Source: the human T2T-CHM13v2.0 reference genome, Homo sapiens. Taken from it: 64,000 bases of DNA. Positions 1 to 15,829 of the stretch are shown here, piece after piece (positions within the stretch are counted from its first letter, which is position 1; each line of letters begins with the position of its first letter). The notes under the pieces are model-generated. The model was not told the origin of the DNA. It did no database searches and saw only the letters and a list, made by a program, of their open reading frames with translations. The stretch is taken from the NCBI RefSeq assembly GCF_009914755.1, contig NC_060941.1. One strand, 5' to 3'. A program made the position numbers and the translations under genes.

Positions 1-2702
1 ATATTTAGCTCTTATGCCCTAGGTATTTGATCAATTTGAGCATTTCATTGCCAAGCTTTTAAGAGACTCCTGCTCCACGTCTTCTTGCTGTCCTCACTAG
101 CTTGAGACAAAGTAGAAAGGCCAGAGAGAGGGGACTCCTCCAGAGCCCACCCAGGACACACAATATACAGTATGATAGAATAAAACAATGTAAAGGCATG
201 CTTCTTAAATAACAGGTCATATGCTTTAATTATTTCATCTACTGGCAGTGTATTGCCTTTACTGGGAAACAAGCCTTTCCCACACACCTGCTTTGTAGGG
301 CTGGGCTGAGTCAAGCCGGGAGAACCAGACAGTTCCTGGTGTTTGGGGCCTGGACCAGGAAAATGCAGCTCATGGCAACATGGAGGGCTTCATTGACGGT
401 GAGGTGAGGTCACTCTAGGAGAGGGCTCGGCGTAGAGACCTGGGTCAGTGGGGTAGTAGCACCATCAGGGGCAACTGGCAGTGAGGCCTCAATAGCACCT
501 TGAGAATTCAGCGAGACAAGACCGATTTGGGTGGGGTGGGAGAGTAGTAGTTGGCAAGGTAAGTAGGGCACAGTTGTTCCTAAGAACTAAAGCCCATCAA
601 GGCAAGGGCCCAATACCCAGATTGGGGAACTTGACCTCAGGGATAGGACAGAAGCCTAGTAATTAGAGCAGAGACACGGTGTCAGAGCCAGCCAAGGGCC
701 CTGCCATGGGAGGCCTGATGTGGAATCTCCTCCCTTTTAGCCACCTGAGGGCAGACTTGAACAGAGGTCCCTGGTGAGGTCTGTGGGTGGGGGTCCAGGC
801 AGAGCCTGAACGAATGCCATACGCAAGGCTGTTCTGGCAGGCGTAACGCGTAGGACCAACAGTGAAAGCACAGCAAGAACAGGGTTTGTGCTGCAGGTGT
901 CCAGGCTGTGCAGGAAGCAGGGCCAGAGGCCGCCTCTCCTGCTAGAGCTACATGCCGCTCCTCGGCTCCTCCCCGCCACCATCACACCAGGAGTCAGGGC
1001 CCTGGGAGGCGACTAGAACACACCAAAAAAGGATGGCTAGGACTATTTCTCTGCAAGGTGGAATCAGCTCTTCATTTAAGATATAAACTGTGGCCCAAAG
1101 TTACTGAGGGTTCTACAGGTGACGTCCATCTAGGCAGGAATAGAAGTTCCAAAATTAACTGACTTTTCTCAGTTGGAAACTTTCTTCTCAGGCTCCAGAA
1201 TCTGCAGTGTCCTGTCTGCACTCCTTGGTGGCGATGGAGCAGCAGCCCTCTCCTGTCTTCCCTGCCTACTGTTAGAACCAAATGTAGTCTTTCTTGAAGA
1301 CGGCACCATCTCCCTCTCCCAGTGACATCAGCAGCCCCTCTTCCCCCTCCCCCTAATTGACAAATGTGGGCATTTCCAAGTGTCTTAATGGCATTAACAA
1401 GGGACACACCGCTTAATCACAGGTGGAACTGCCAACAGATGACGGGTTATTTCCCGTGTTTCTCCCCACCCTGCAGTGAGGCAGCAGCCTTGTGTTGGGG
1501 TTTCTGAAGAGCACTCCTGCTCGGAGGACATGTGCTATTTCCAGCCAGAGTTGTCCACCTGCAACTTTCTGCTAGGGTTAGCAGTTTCATCTCCCATTAT
1601 TAAGAGTCCAGCTGGCGTGTCTTTGAAGTTGGTCCCATCATGTTAAATGTTAACTGTAATTTCTCTTGGCCCTTGCTGGAGAGTGCTTTCCTTCCCGTTG
1701 GTATGATAATAGCCGCAGCTATATTGGCCATGTGCTAGCTGACCACCTCAGCAATTGCTTTCACTCCCGGAGTGACATAGAAGGAGCTTTGTACTGTGCA
1801 TCGTGAAACTTGGGGTTTGACCTGGTTCTGCCAGGAAGCCATGTGATCTTGAGCAAGCTCATTCTCTTTTCTGATCCTCATTTTTCTGCTCTGTACAATT
1901 CTGGGTAAGGGCTAGAGGATTTCTAAAGCCCTTCCACTTCCAAATCTGTGATTCCAAGATTGGGAGAATGCACAGTTACTCGCAACTCCTTTTTCTCCCT
2001 CTACCCCGGGCCTACACCCCTCGCTACAGTGCTTCTCCACATGCTGATCCCAGTAGGTAGCCAGGGTCAGAGAATACTAACAATATGTAGAGAGCTCAGG
2101 ATCATTCTGACCCTTTGAACTTGAAATCCTCAGAGAGCTTTCTATTCTAATAAAAGGGCATAATCTTGGTGATATGACACCCCCTACATTAAACTCCATT
2201 ATATTAAGGAAACCTTAGAACTCGGATGTACAATCTAGCTTGATAATTTACAATTCTGCTGGGATTAGTATGAGGAATAATTATATCTATTTATTCCACT
2301 GTCAGAATGTTGACTCTAGAATTTCATATTGTCTCTGTCACTGAAGATTATAATTAAATAATATGTCGAATGTATTGATCATATTTTTATACATTTGCTT
2401 GATATGCTATAGAGGCTTTTTTTTTTTCAATATATCACGAGATTAAATTCAAAAGTTTGCCAGGCCATCTAGGTCTGTTTAAGAGATTTTTTTTTTCCTG
2501 AATAAACCACAATTTTTTGATGGCTTGTCATTTTGACATCAACTAAAGTAATTTATTTACTCCTTAGTGCAGAACTGTATCTCTTTTAGCCTTTAGTCAG
2601 ACTCAGTAGCTATCATGACATTAGAATAAGAAGTAGTATGTGTCTTTGAGGGTAGGCTTTAAATTTCCTTTGTGCATAAACTCACAATTTTCATAGAATA
2701 GT

Positions 2703-3042
2703 CTTTTTTCTTTTTCTTTCTTTCTTCTTCTTCTTTTTTTTATTTTTTATTTTTTTTTTTTGAGATAGAGTCTTGCTCTGTCACCCAGGCTGGAGTGTAG
2801 TGGCACAGTCTCGGCTCACTGCAACCTCTGCCTCCTGGGTTCAAGCATTCTCCTACCTCAGCCTCCCGAGCAGCTGGGATTACAGGCTCGTGCCGCCACA
2901 CCCAGCTAATTTTTCTATTTTTAGTAGAGACAGGGTTTTGCTATGTTTGCCAGGCTGGTCTCGAAGTCCTGCCCTCAGGTGATCCTCCCGCCTCGGCCTC
3001 CCAAAGTGCTGGGATTACAGGTGTGAGCCACGGCACCTGGCC
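2703..3042 (-). mobile_element. AluS, full length
   Basis: Poly-T followed by reverse Alu consensus; TSD agaatagtctttttt on both sides. Confidence 0.95.
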
Positions 3043-3252
3043 AGAATAGTCTTTTTTCTATGCATTTATTATGAGAACTTTTCCAGTGGAATTTGAACTC
3101 AAGTCTCTTTTACTCCAAAGCCCAGTTTTTCCTTCTGCATCAGATGGTCCATTCCTAGACAGTGGCACTATGAACCAAAAGACCTGGGTTCCTCACTCAT
3201 CTCTTGGACTCTTAGCTAAGGAATATATGGTGAAAGAATATATTCAACTGAA

Positions 3253-3551
<299 letters not shown>

Positions 3552-4747
3552 TCAACTACAAATTTTCTCAGCCTATTTCTCTTTTGCTTGAGTCACAAAA
3601 CATTCACCTACTTTACCCAGAGGGTATAATTAAACCTTTTCTAATACTTGCTTTGGATGTATGTTTCATATATATTCTTAAGTAGTGTAGAGGGTTTCTT
3701 CAGTCTGCCCGAAACACATGTAATCAGCTCTTCAGTCACAGTAATAATATAGCACGTGTGTAATGTTTTACAAAGGGCTTTCATATACATTATCTCAGAT
3801 GAGCATTAAAGCATGCTGTGATATAGGCAAGGATTATTACTATTAGTTCATTTAATGGATTCTTTTTAAAAAGACTCAGAGAATTTAAGATTTTCCATAA
3901 CATCCAGCTAAGAAATAATAAAGCTGAGACTAGAACTCATGTCTTCTGAATCCTTAATCTAGGGTCTTTTGGCCTTCTTTTTTTTTCTAATGAGATTTAC
4001 AAACATAACTAAAAATATATCTCCAGCTTCCCTTACCTCTTCATTTGTTTAAGGCAGATTCTTCATTTTGCTGTAACATCCCATCCTCTGAATAGATATG
4101 GCATGAAATAAAGTGGTAGCACCTTTTTAACCCAAGTAAGGACAGAGCGTTAGCAAAAGAAGAAAGATCCTGATTATATTTGACTGAGAGACTCGCATTC
4201 CTTCTACCCCACCTCCCATCTCCCTTCACCATTCATACTGTGGCTTCTTGGGGAAGCTCATGACCTGTTTCAAAGAGCTTGATTGTAGTCCTGGGCCATG
4301 AGGAAATGCATGAGCAAAAGCAGCAATGGTGAGTGGCTGATGACCTCAAGAAGAGGCCATTTGATGTCGGGCGGTAAGAGGCTGTGGTCAGGAAGCACTT
4401 TCCTCCCTGGGCCATCTGGATGCCCCTGCAGGCCGCCAGGCTGCTTGTGCCCTTATCCCTTCACCCTCAGGGAACCTTGCTTTGTTGACTGACAGTTGGG
4501 TTGGCATTTGGTCTTTATCATCAGGGATTCTTCACAATAGTGCAAGCCCTAGGAAGGCGAGCCAGCAAATCGTTCTAGTCTCTGAGAACAACGCTGACCT
4601 AGTGCTCTCCAATCTGGCCATGCTTCTGCTGGGAAATGAGGGGATAGTGGGGAGAACCCTGGAGGGCTGGATTTTAATCCTTGTAGTCTGTTTGAACTTG
4701 GGCAAGTTATTGATCTCTGAGCTTCAGCTTAGTTCCTTTTTAAGTAA

Positions 4748-5123
<376 letters not shown>

Positions 5124-5633
5124 TGACCTCATGTGTAAAGGTGCTTTGCTCAAATGCAGGGGACCTGCTCTGAAGGAAGGGGCTAGGCTCTGGGAGACTG
5201 TTTTAGGGGACCTGTCAAACTGAGCAGTTTTTAAGATCAGAAAGAATTGTTTTCTCCCCTCACCCTTGGTGAGGACCAGCATTGCCTGCCAGGGTTACAC
5301 CCATCCCTCCAAGCCTTCCGCCCTCCTCTAAGAAGTGAGATTGTAACTCAGCCACTATTGGGCTGTGACATTTCTTCGCCTCTGAGGCACAGCCAAGAAC
5401 ATGGCCTCACTCTCCCTCCCACCCCTCTTTCCTTTTTCCTCCCTTTCTCCTGCCTTCTCTTCATTTCAAACAAGTGAGTTGTGTTAGTTGGTTTTTTAAT
5501 GAGGTTTTTCCAGCCTCTTGTTTTTTTGTCCTTGACAATAAAGAACTCCCAGTTACCCAAAGCTGAAAATAAAATTTGGCAGAAGTAAGCCAAAAGTATA
5601 GTCTCATTGGTGTTGATATTTTTAAGCCTCTCT

Positions 5634-5634
5634 T

Positions 5635-5729
<95 letters not shown>
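5634..5729. repeat. (GA)n microsatellite with a few GACA interruptions
   Basis: About 95 bp of GA dinucleotide, seen directly. Confidence 0.97.
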
Positions 5730-7429
5730 GTGGTGGGGGGTCCTCTGGGAGACAGGGGCAAATCGTCATGGAATAAGAATCTGTTTGAGCACCCTGGGGT
5801 GAGGACTTTATATCTTTTTCTGAAAACAAGGCGCCTTCCTTTTTTTTTAAAGGCGTGTTGTGGCTATTTTGATGCCTTTTGAAAGTGCCACAGTTAATTT
5901 GATTGAGCTGCTAAGCAGTTGGTTTAAAAAAAAAATGAAAGAAAAAGGAGAATGGTCACATGGATTTAGCATCACACGGGGAATTCGCTGTAACCCAGCC
6001 ATCTTTTAGGCAGCTGATGACCACGGGCCAGATTGTTCATTTCACAAAGGGGAGGCTTTTAAAAATGAGAAGACTTTTGTCTAGAGCCCAAACTTCCCCA
6101 GGGGGAAGGACTCATTTATAACCCGTTCTGATTATTCTTCTCCTCTGAAATCTCACTGGTTGAATATGAATTTATGTGGAGCACTCAGCTACAACATGGA
6201 AATAAGTAGTGCAGTGAGCAGTTAGCATAAGGGAGTTCCAGCCCCGGGTTCTAGTCTCAGCTTTGACCCTCCCTGGTAAGCTGTATAATCACAGGAGTGG
6301 CCCTGAACGGACTTAGGATTTGGTTTTCTACTCTGTGAACTGAAGCTAATTTCTCCTACCTGGGAGGATTGATATGGAAGAGAAAAGTTGTTGATAATGT
6401 AAAAATGCTTTGAGAAATATCTTAGCTGTTCTCAAAATTATAAACTCGGGAGTGTGGAGGGGGTTGGTGAATTTGGGGAGAAATTGGTGACCAAGGGTCT
6501 CCAGTTCCTTCCTCCATATGGCATCTCTGTCAAAAGTTGAGCCTCTGTTTCCTTAATAGGCCACTTCCCTCCAAGGATTCAGGGACCATTCATCACCGTG
6601 GTGCCTAGTCCCCAGGAGGTCAGTGGCCTGCTGCGGTGCTCAGCTGCTGGTAAGTGATCCAGCAGAAGCAGGCAGCCCTGGCTTATCCATGGCCCCCTGG
6701 CCCCTGTGTGGGTTCCTTGGCTCCGTGTTTCTCGTCTTTCCCAGACGCTTCTTCCCTTCTTGTTTGCACATTCTTCCTGGAGGAAAATGATAGCTCATTG
6801 TCAAAGGTTGGGCGGGAGACGAGGTAAGAACTGTTAGTGTCTGTGAGATGTTTGGGGATTTCCAGCTGGAATCCTCACACTTCTTTGGCTGGAGCCGCCT
6901 TCCTCTGTGTTCTCAGTGTGCTCTTGTAACCCTCTGCTAGATCACTTAGCACATGGGACATACTGGGACTCTTCCCATCAGGCTGCAAACTCCTCCAGAG
7001 GCAGGGACCCCATCCTTCTGATTCTCTGTATCCCCAGTGCCAGACATATGCTAAGCACTCGAGAAATGTTTCAATCAGTGAGTGAATTAGAGGCGGGAGA
7101 GACCCTACCTCCTTTATCATACACATTGATGAAACTGAAGCCTAGAGCTAATATGTGAGGTGATCACACAGAGGATACTAGAACTAGGATTAGACTAAGG
7201 CAGAGATTCACCCATTTGACCCCTGCAAGGCTGATCACTGTCAGGGCAGGGCAGGGAGAGGCTGCCCCGAGTATGTGTGGTAGTATTAATATATGTACAT
7301 GTAATATTTGTGTGCGTTTAATCCCAGTTCTAGTATATCCTGACTATGGTATATCTATATATATCCTGACCCCGGGTTGGCTGTGTGTTAAAAAATCAAA
7401 CTGAAATCGCCTCCAAAAGGAAGGCAGCA

Positions 7430-7562
7430 CTGAATGACAGTAAAGTAAGGGCTGGGCCTGGGGTCAGCAGCCTGGCGTCCAGCCCTGCCAGCCACTAGCT
7501 GTTTGACCTTGGCTGAGTCATTTCCTCTCCCTCATCTCATTTGCCTTGTTTATAAAATGGTA
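7430..7562 (+). mobile_element. MIR fragment
   Basis: gccactagctgtttgaccttggctgagtcatttcctctccctc...taaaatgg matches the MIR core. Confidence 0.7.
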
Positions 7563-7565
7563 TCC

Positions 7566-7700
7566 AGCCAGGCACGGTAGCTCACTTCTATAATCTCAGA
7601 AGGCGGGAGGATCAGTTGAGCTCAGGAGTTCAAGACCAGCCTGGGCAACCTAGTGAGACCTCATCTCTATGAAAAAAAAAAAAAAAGAAGAAACAAAAAA
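7566..7700 (+). mobile_element. FLAM/Alu monomer
   Basis: ggaggatcagttgagctcaggagttcaagaccagcctgggcaac followed by an A tail; single monomer. Confidence 0.85.
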
Positions 7701-8844
7701 GAAGATGTAGACTGTGTGATCTCTGAAATTTCTCCATGTTCAAAAGTCTAACCTTCGAAGACTTCTAAGAGTTTTAGAAGAAAAGTTTGAGCTGCTAGAG
7801 GAGAAAGAGGAAACAGTTTAAAAATTAAGTTAGAGAGTTCTTGCAAAGGAGATGTTTTTGTTAGAGACACTGAAAATTCTTCTCTTAAAACCATTTCCAC
7901 TAGAGGCCATCCCACCATGCACAGTTAGCCTGGGCTTTAAAACCCCGCTCCCTCCACTGCCAAATGAGTTGCTGATGGGAATTTTTTGAATGTTTGACTC
8001 TGTGTCTCTGTGGACCACAACAGGACCACAGGCTGTTACACAGTTAGCATTTAACTTACATTATGAAGTGACAGAATCGCACTTGTGTGGCTGATAGAGA
8101 CCATTGCAAGTAACTAACAACCGTACAAATAGCGCCCTGACCTTTTCATATCTGTGGGGCCTGATTCTCAACCTCCATCCTGTCCTGCACATACTCGGCG
8201 TGGCCTCTCCCCACCCTGCCCTGAACAGTTATTAGGGCTCACAGGGCTTGCAGGGTGACCCTCTGCTCCAGGGATATGGGCACTGCCTGGAGGGTGGTGA
8301 GCCTTTCCTGGGAAGACCTGCACTGGCTCTCCCTGAGGGCTTTCCATACCAATTCATTCTTGGTCAGTGGCAGGCACATTTCACACTGAATTCCACCCCA
8401 TGGGGCTGTGTCTAATTGGACAAATTTGAACAGCAGGCAGCACAGCCACTGCCGCAGGGAGCATTGATATATGGCCCAAGCAAGGGACTAAAATCTTAAA
8501 GTGACAGGGCCCCGTTTTCAAAGAATAACTGGCTGGCTTCCAGGAGTAACAGGCCTGATGATGACCAGCAGGAGAGAGATGGGCCAACTCCACAAAGCAG
8601 GGGCTTTTTTAGGGAGGTGTTTTTGAAATGAGTGTCTCCATTTTTCCTGGTCTTGGTGGCAAGATAAACAGGATAGGGTGGTCCCTGGGGACAGTCATCT
8701 GGGACCCAGTCATGCTGAATGTTTCTCTCACTAGAGACTCACTGTATCTGTATCCAGATTAAATCTGGCTAATATATACTGCAGGGAAGCCTCGGCAGAG
8801 AACAGAGTGAAAAATCGTGTTGTCATACATTACTAAGCACCCAC

Positions 8845-9670
8845 CATTCATTTGTTTGGCATCCATCAAATCTCTATAAATGCTAACTGTGTGTGCTATT
8901 AAATGCGCACTGCCCGGACACAGTGGAGCTTGTGAAGTTTGTGGTCTAGGAGGGGAAAAGACATTAATCAGATAATCTCACAAATTAACATAATTACAAA
9001 TTGTGTGAAGTATAATGAAGGAAAAATTCCATGTGGTATGAGAGCATCTGAAAAGGGTATGCAGGGAGAGTTTCCCTAAGGAGGTCCCATTTAAGCTTGG
9101 CTCTAATGGGTGAGATAAATCAGCAAAGGGAGTAAGAGGGGAAGAGGAAAAAGAAATGCTTAAGGAGTTGAAAGAGGGCCTGGGTGGCTGGAGCTCAGCA
9201 CCTAAGCGGGACAATAGCCTGGGGTGACTGTGGGGTCTTGCTGCTCATGTGGACTTTAGTTTTATCCTAAATGAGAAGCATGTTTTCAGCAGAGGGTGAG
9301 TTTTGAAAAGATCACTCTGACCTTACTGTGGAAGACAGGAGACTGTTAGAGAAGTCGAGTAGAACATGATGGAATGGATTAGGCTGGCCCAGTAGCAAAT
9401 AGAAGTGGACAGTAATGAGTGTTATTTAGGAGGTAGATTCCACAGGGCTTTGTTACGGAGTGGACATGGGTGGGTGGAGAGGAAGAGATGTTAAGGATGC
9501 TCCCCAGTTTTCTGGCTTACTTCACTCATTTGATGTCATTCACTAAGAGCTCCTAGTCACATGGAGGAGGAGGCTTGGATACATTACATTTCCAGTGGAT
9601 TTGAAGATGTTAAATCTACAGTCAGATCTATGGGTCTTCAGCACAGAAGAGGTGTTTGGTCTAGGGGTTT
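8845..9670 (-). mobile_element. L2 3' fragment
   Basis: Purine-rich degenerate L2 motifs (gacattaatcagataatctcacaaat; ttttgaaaagatcactctg; cagtttctggctt). Confidence 0.7.
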
Positions 9671-9872
9671 CCTTAGGAAAGAATGGGGAGAGAAGAATGG
9701 GAGGTGATAAAAAGATGGATTGGACACCATCTCTCCCTTTAGGCAACTCAAAATCTATTTGTATTTGTTGTTAGAGGAAGAAAAGAAAAAAGAAATAACA
9801 AATAGTAGAAGGAAAAATATTTTTAAAGGAAATATAAAAGGGCAATAAAATTTTTAATTAAAAAACAAAACA

Positions 9873-10180
9873 GGCCGGGCGCGGTGGCTCACACCTGTAA
9901 TCCCAGCACTTTGGGAGGCCGAGGTAGGCAGATCATGAGGTCAAGAGATTGAGACCACCTGGCCAACATGGTGAAACCTCATCTCTACTAAAAATACAAA
10001 AATTAGCTGGGTGTGGTGGCGGGCGCCTGTAGTCCCAGCTACTAGGGAGGCTGAGGCAGGAGATCACTTGAACTCAGGAGGTAGAGGTTGCAGTGAGCCA
10101 AGATTGCACCATTGCACTTCAGCCTGGCAACAGAGTGAAACTCCGTCTCAAAAATAAAATAAAATAAAAATAAAAATAAA
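9873..10180 (+). mobile_element. AluSc-like
   Basis: ggccgggcgcggtggctcac...gatcatgaggtcaagagattgagacc; (TAAAA)n tail. Confidence 0.93.
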
Positions 10181-10359
10181 CAAACGTTTAAAAAATCAAT
10201 TTTAGAGGCAATTGGACTACAGAGTCAAGGAGACATTTACAAGTTAATATAATAAATGTAAATGTTTATGACATCATAGAATTGTAATGAGACTATATTG
10301 AGGGTTAGATAACAGGCAAGTATGTGGAGATGAGGGAGCAAATAGAAAATGAAGCAAAA

Positions 10360-10658
10360 TTTTTTTTTTTTTAGACAGAGTCTCACTCTGTCACCCAGGC
10401 TGGAGAGTAGTGTAGTGTCACAGTCTTGGCTTACTGCAACCTCCGCCTCCCGGGTTCAAGACATTCTCCTGCCTCAGCCTCCCGAGTAGCTGGGATTACA
10501 GGCATGTACCACCAAACCCCACTAATTTTTGTATTTTTGGTAGAGATGGGGTTTCACCATGTTGGCCAGGCAGGTCTCGAACTTCTGGCCTCAAGTGGTC
10601 CAGCTGCCTCAGCCTCCCAACGTGGTGGAATTACAGGCATGAGCCACTGCGCCCTGCC
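10360..10658 (-). mobile_element. AluS
   Basis: Poly-T followed by reverse Alu consensus. Confidence 0.93.
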
Positions 10659-10739
10659 CAAGATCTGACTGAATAACACAAAGGTGACATCCAGTTCAAG
10701 GAACTTAGTGGTAGGTGTGACTTTAAGGTTTGCAATGGT

Positions 10740-11210
10740 TGATCAGACACTGTTGGTGTAAATTGGTGCACCCTTTTTGGAAGGCAGTTTGGTAGTAACC
10801 ATTATACATTAATAGTTTATTCTTTTTCACCCAGCAATTTATTTTCTAGGAATTTATTCCACAAAAATATAGGTAAAATTATTAAGGTATAGACAAAAGC
10901 ACTGTTGTAACGGCAAAGGAAAAAAAATGAAATAATTTAATTATTGGTCTGCAGAGAGAGTAACAATAAATTTTAGTATGCACATATCGTGGAATAACCT
11001 ATAGCTTTAAAAAAAAAACCTTAATAACATTTTTAAGTTTTAAAAAAGCAGGTGAAAAACAATGTGTATAATATGATCCTATAGAGAAAGAAAAAACTAG
11101 TAGAAGCATAAAGCTCCATTAACAGTGCTTGTCTCTGGGGAAGTAAACAACAAAAACAAACAGGGAATTCTCACTCTGTTTTGTGGTTTTATATAGTTAA
11201 AATAGTTTAC
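10740..11210 (+). mobile_element. Old L1M(E) 3' fragment
   Basis: ttttggaaggcagtttggtag...cccagcaatttattttctaggaatttattcc, typical of L1M 3' regions; A-rich. Confidence 0.6.
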
Positions 11211-11293
11211 AATTACCATTGTCAGTTAATTCAGACTGCTATAACAGAATACCATAGACTAGGTGGCTTAAACAACAGGAAGTTTATTTCTCA

Positions 11294-12032
<739 letters not shown>

Positions 12033-12143
12033 AAAGCAGGCTCTTTTTCTAAGGGCACCGATCCTATCATGAGTACTCCACCCTTGTGACCAAATGTGCC
12101 CCACCGCCAAATACCAAAACATCAGGGGTTAGGGTTAATATAA

Positions 12144-12490
<347 letters not shown>

Positions 12491-13039
12491 TATGTTGTTA
12501 TTTTTCTAATCAGAAATAATAGTAAAGACTTTTGAAGAGAACAGAAGTGAGAGGGCAGGAATGGTGACTGACTATGGAATAGCTCCGGGTGAGGGTGAGG
12601 AGGAGGAAAAGGGGTTCCATCCTACGTTCGTCCTCGGCGCTCACCCTTACCACCTCCTCCAAGCTTACCTGCAGGGCTTTGCTGCACTTATCCATGAAGA
12701 CCGCAAGACGCCGCTTACCTGCTCAGTCTTCGAGCAGCTGTCCCTGATTATGAAGTTCAGAGTGGCTGTTTAACGAGCATTTAGTGAGAATTTCCTTTTA
12801 GCAGACACTGTTAGGCGCTAGAAATATAAAAATGAAGAAGACACCGTCCCTGCCCTAACAGAACTTATTGTTGAGGGGGAGAAATTGCCAAGTAAACCAA
12901 TGTTGCAGTACAGAATTTAGTCTAGATGCCCGGAGGTCTCTTCTGAGTTGAAAAGCCTTCAATTCACTGAAGATGGTCTCTGAAATTTCTAGTTCTTTTC
13001 ATAGGCTGAGAGAAGGGCTAAGAGTAGGTTTTTTATTTC

Positions 13040-13282
13040 TTCGTTTCTTCCTACCTTCCTTCCCTTCCCTTTTCTCTCCACCTCTTCTCTCCCCTCCCTC
13101 CCTCCCTCCCTCCCTTCCTTTCTTTCTCTCTTGAGACCTGGTCTTGCTCTGTCACCCAGGCTGGAGTAGTACAGTGGCGCAATCACGGCTCACTGCAGCC
13201 TCAAACTCCTGGCCTTAAGTGATCCTCTGGCCTCAGCCTCCCAAAGCACTGGGATTACAGGCATGAGCCACCATGCCCAGCC
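13040..13282 (-). mobile_element. FLAM/AluJ monomer with CT-rich tail
   Basis: Single reverse monomer preceded by a (CCCT)/(CTT)-rich tract. Confidence 0.85.
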
Positions 13283-13609
13283 AGTAGTTTCTCACTTTCC
13301 CAAGTGTTCACTTTGAATTGGCCTGGGCCCCCAAATGCAGGCCTTCATTCCCTGGGCAGCAGGACATTCTTCTCAGTGGAAGGTTTTATGAAAGAGGTCA
13401 GCATGTGCCTCTGCGGCCAGTGGACTAAGTCCATGATGAAGCTGAGACTCACATTCCCACGCTATAGACTCCATAGCTTCTCAGACCTCCACAGCCACAG
13501 GCCCCCAGGAGTCCCCCTGCCCATCTGGCTATTCCTCAGAAACACACGCCAGTGAGCACACAGGGGACACCTGAAGTGCACAGAGGACTCCGGCAGCAAT
13601 GGCCAGGGA

Positions 13610-13715
13610 ATGAGGAGACCCGAGTTCTAATCCCAGCACTATCACTGTACTCCATAGCATGACTGGGAACAAGTAACTTTCTTTCCCTGGGCTTCAGTTT
13701 CCTCATTTGCAGAAT
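13610..13715 (+). mobile_element. MIR fragment
   Basis: gagttctaatcccagc...ctgggcttcagtttcctcatttgcagaat. Confidence 0.75.
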
Positions 13716-14356
13716 CAGCCAATGGTGGTGAATGGTCTCTGCCAGCGTTGACATCCTGTAATCATTGTCATTGTGTGACAGTTCTGCCATCTCTCTACTA
13801 GGTCAGGTGAAACCACCTCCCAAAGGGCCTCTCTGGGCGGTGAGTGTGCACTAGCACAGTGCCAGGGGAGCTGTTGAACAAATGCAACTCCTTGTTGAAA
13901 ACTACTATAGGTGCTTTCCGTAGGGGTGAGAAAAGCATATAAGACCGTGTCCTGCGTTCTGGGAGCTTCCAATTTTCCCAGAAAGGTCAGAGAAATACAC
14001 ATGAAACAGATGAAACAGTAGCAGCCCTAGAAGCCTCAGCACACAGGGGTAGGGGATGGAGAAGATGGGGGCTAGAGTGGGAGGGGGGCTTTTTGGCTGG
14101 ACAGTTGCCAAAGGTTCCTGCTGATCTTCAGAGTTTTTCCTTTCACAAAGCATGTGACAAGTGCTTTGCCTTGTTTCATTCTGGGACGTTCTGTTCTCTG
14201 GATCTGTTTCTGACAGGATATGATCACTGGAGCTTCCAAAATTTCTTTGGGAGTGGGGAGAGGGTTGGCAAGCAGCCAGATGCCCCTGTCGCTTTATTTG
14301 GCACAGGAGGAGGTCACCAGGTTCAAGCCCAGAACTAGTTCAAAACTTTAGCCTCA

Positions 14357-14542
<186 letters not shown>

Positions 14543-15465
14543 TCAAATAATATAATCCTTCCTACATCCCACTCCTAGCAGTGTGGGAAAGTGAAAGGAG
14601 AATTCTTGTGACGAGAACTCATGAACACAGAACAAATTTGTGTCACTCCAGTCGAGCGTGGCTTCTCAGTGTGTACTCAGCACGTGGCAGGTGTGATTGT
14701 TGGCCTGAGGTGATGACCTGCCTGAATCCTCAGCCCATCACCAGGGCTGGCAAGAGCTTTATCTGCCCATAACTGAGCCCATGATGGGCTCGAGTGGTAT
14801 GCTTTTTTGGGGTTTGTACCAAACCGGCCTTTTTCCCTGTTTCATCCTGTGCTGGTCTGTCTCTTTTGCATGTTTGGGCTAATCTTCTCCATATGCGTGT
14901 CTGGTTTGGCATGTGGGTCTCGACCTCCCATGAGCAGGGCGAGGCTGCCTCAGACAAGTGCAGAGAGTTGCCACCCAGCCCGCCGGGCTCTGGAGCTGGG
15001 CCACGGGCTCCTCTCTCTGGAAAGGCTCTGCAGAGAGACACCTGGATGGCTTCTCTTCTATGTTTCGGGGACATGAGAAGAAGGCATTCTTAGAACAGAT
15101 ACTGCCTGGTGACCCACCTAAAACAGTCTTACTAGGACAGCAGGCTTAAGGTATGCCCAGCGCTCAGACACCTAGTCATCCAGGCCCTGAACATCCTGCT
15201 CTGACTACAGCGTCCCCTCCCCTCCCTCCACCATCCGAGAGGTCAGCTTCCTTCACCATGGGAGCCCCTGCTTGCCATGTTTGTGAGGGGCAAACACTTC
15301 ACTGGTTGGTAGGGCTTATGGCTCCATATTGAAAGGAGGGAAACAATTTGACAGCAAGAAAAGAATCTCCTAAAGAGACTGTTGCAGTTTTACAGAGTTC
15401 TTTCCAACTGATTGCCTCTGCTAATCTCTATACTACCCTGTGACATAGGAATTATTATCCCCATC

Positions 15466-15829
<364 letters not shown>

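Noticed and set aside
5348-5829. ORFs with SLSLSL / ERERER runs
   Set aside because: Translations of the (GA)n microsatellite.
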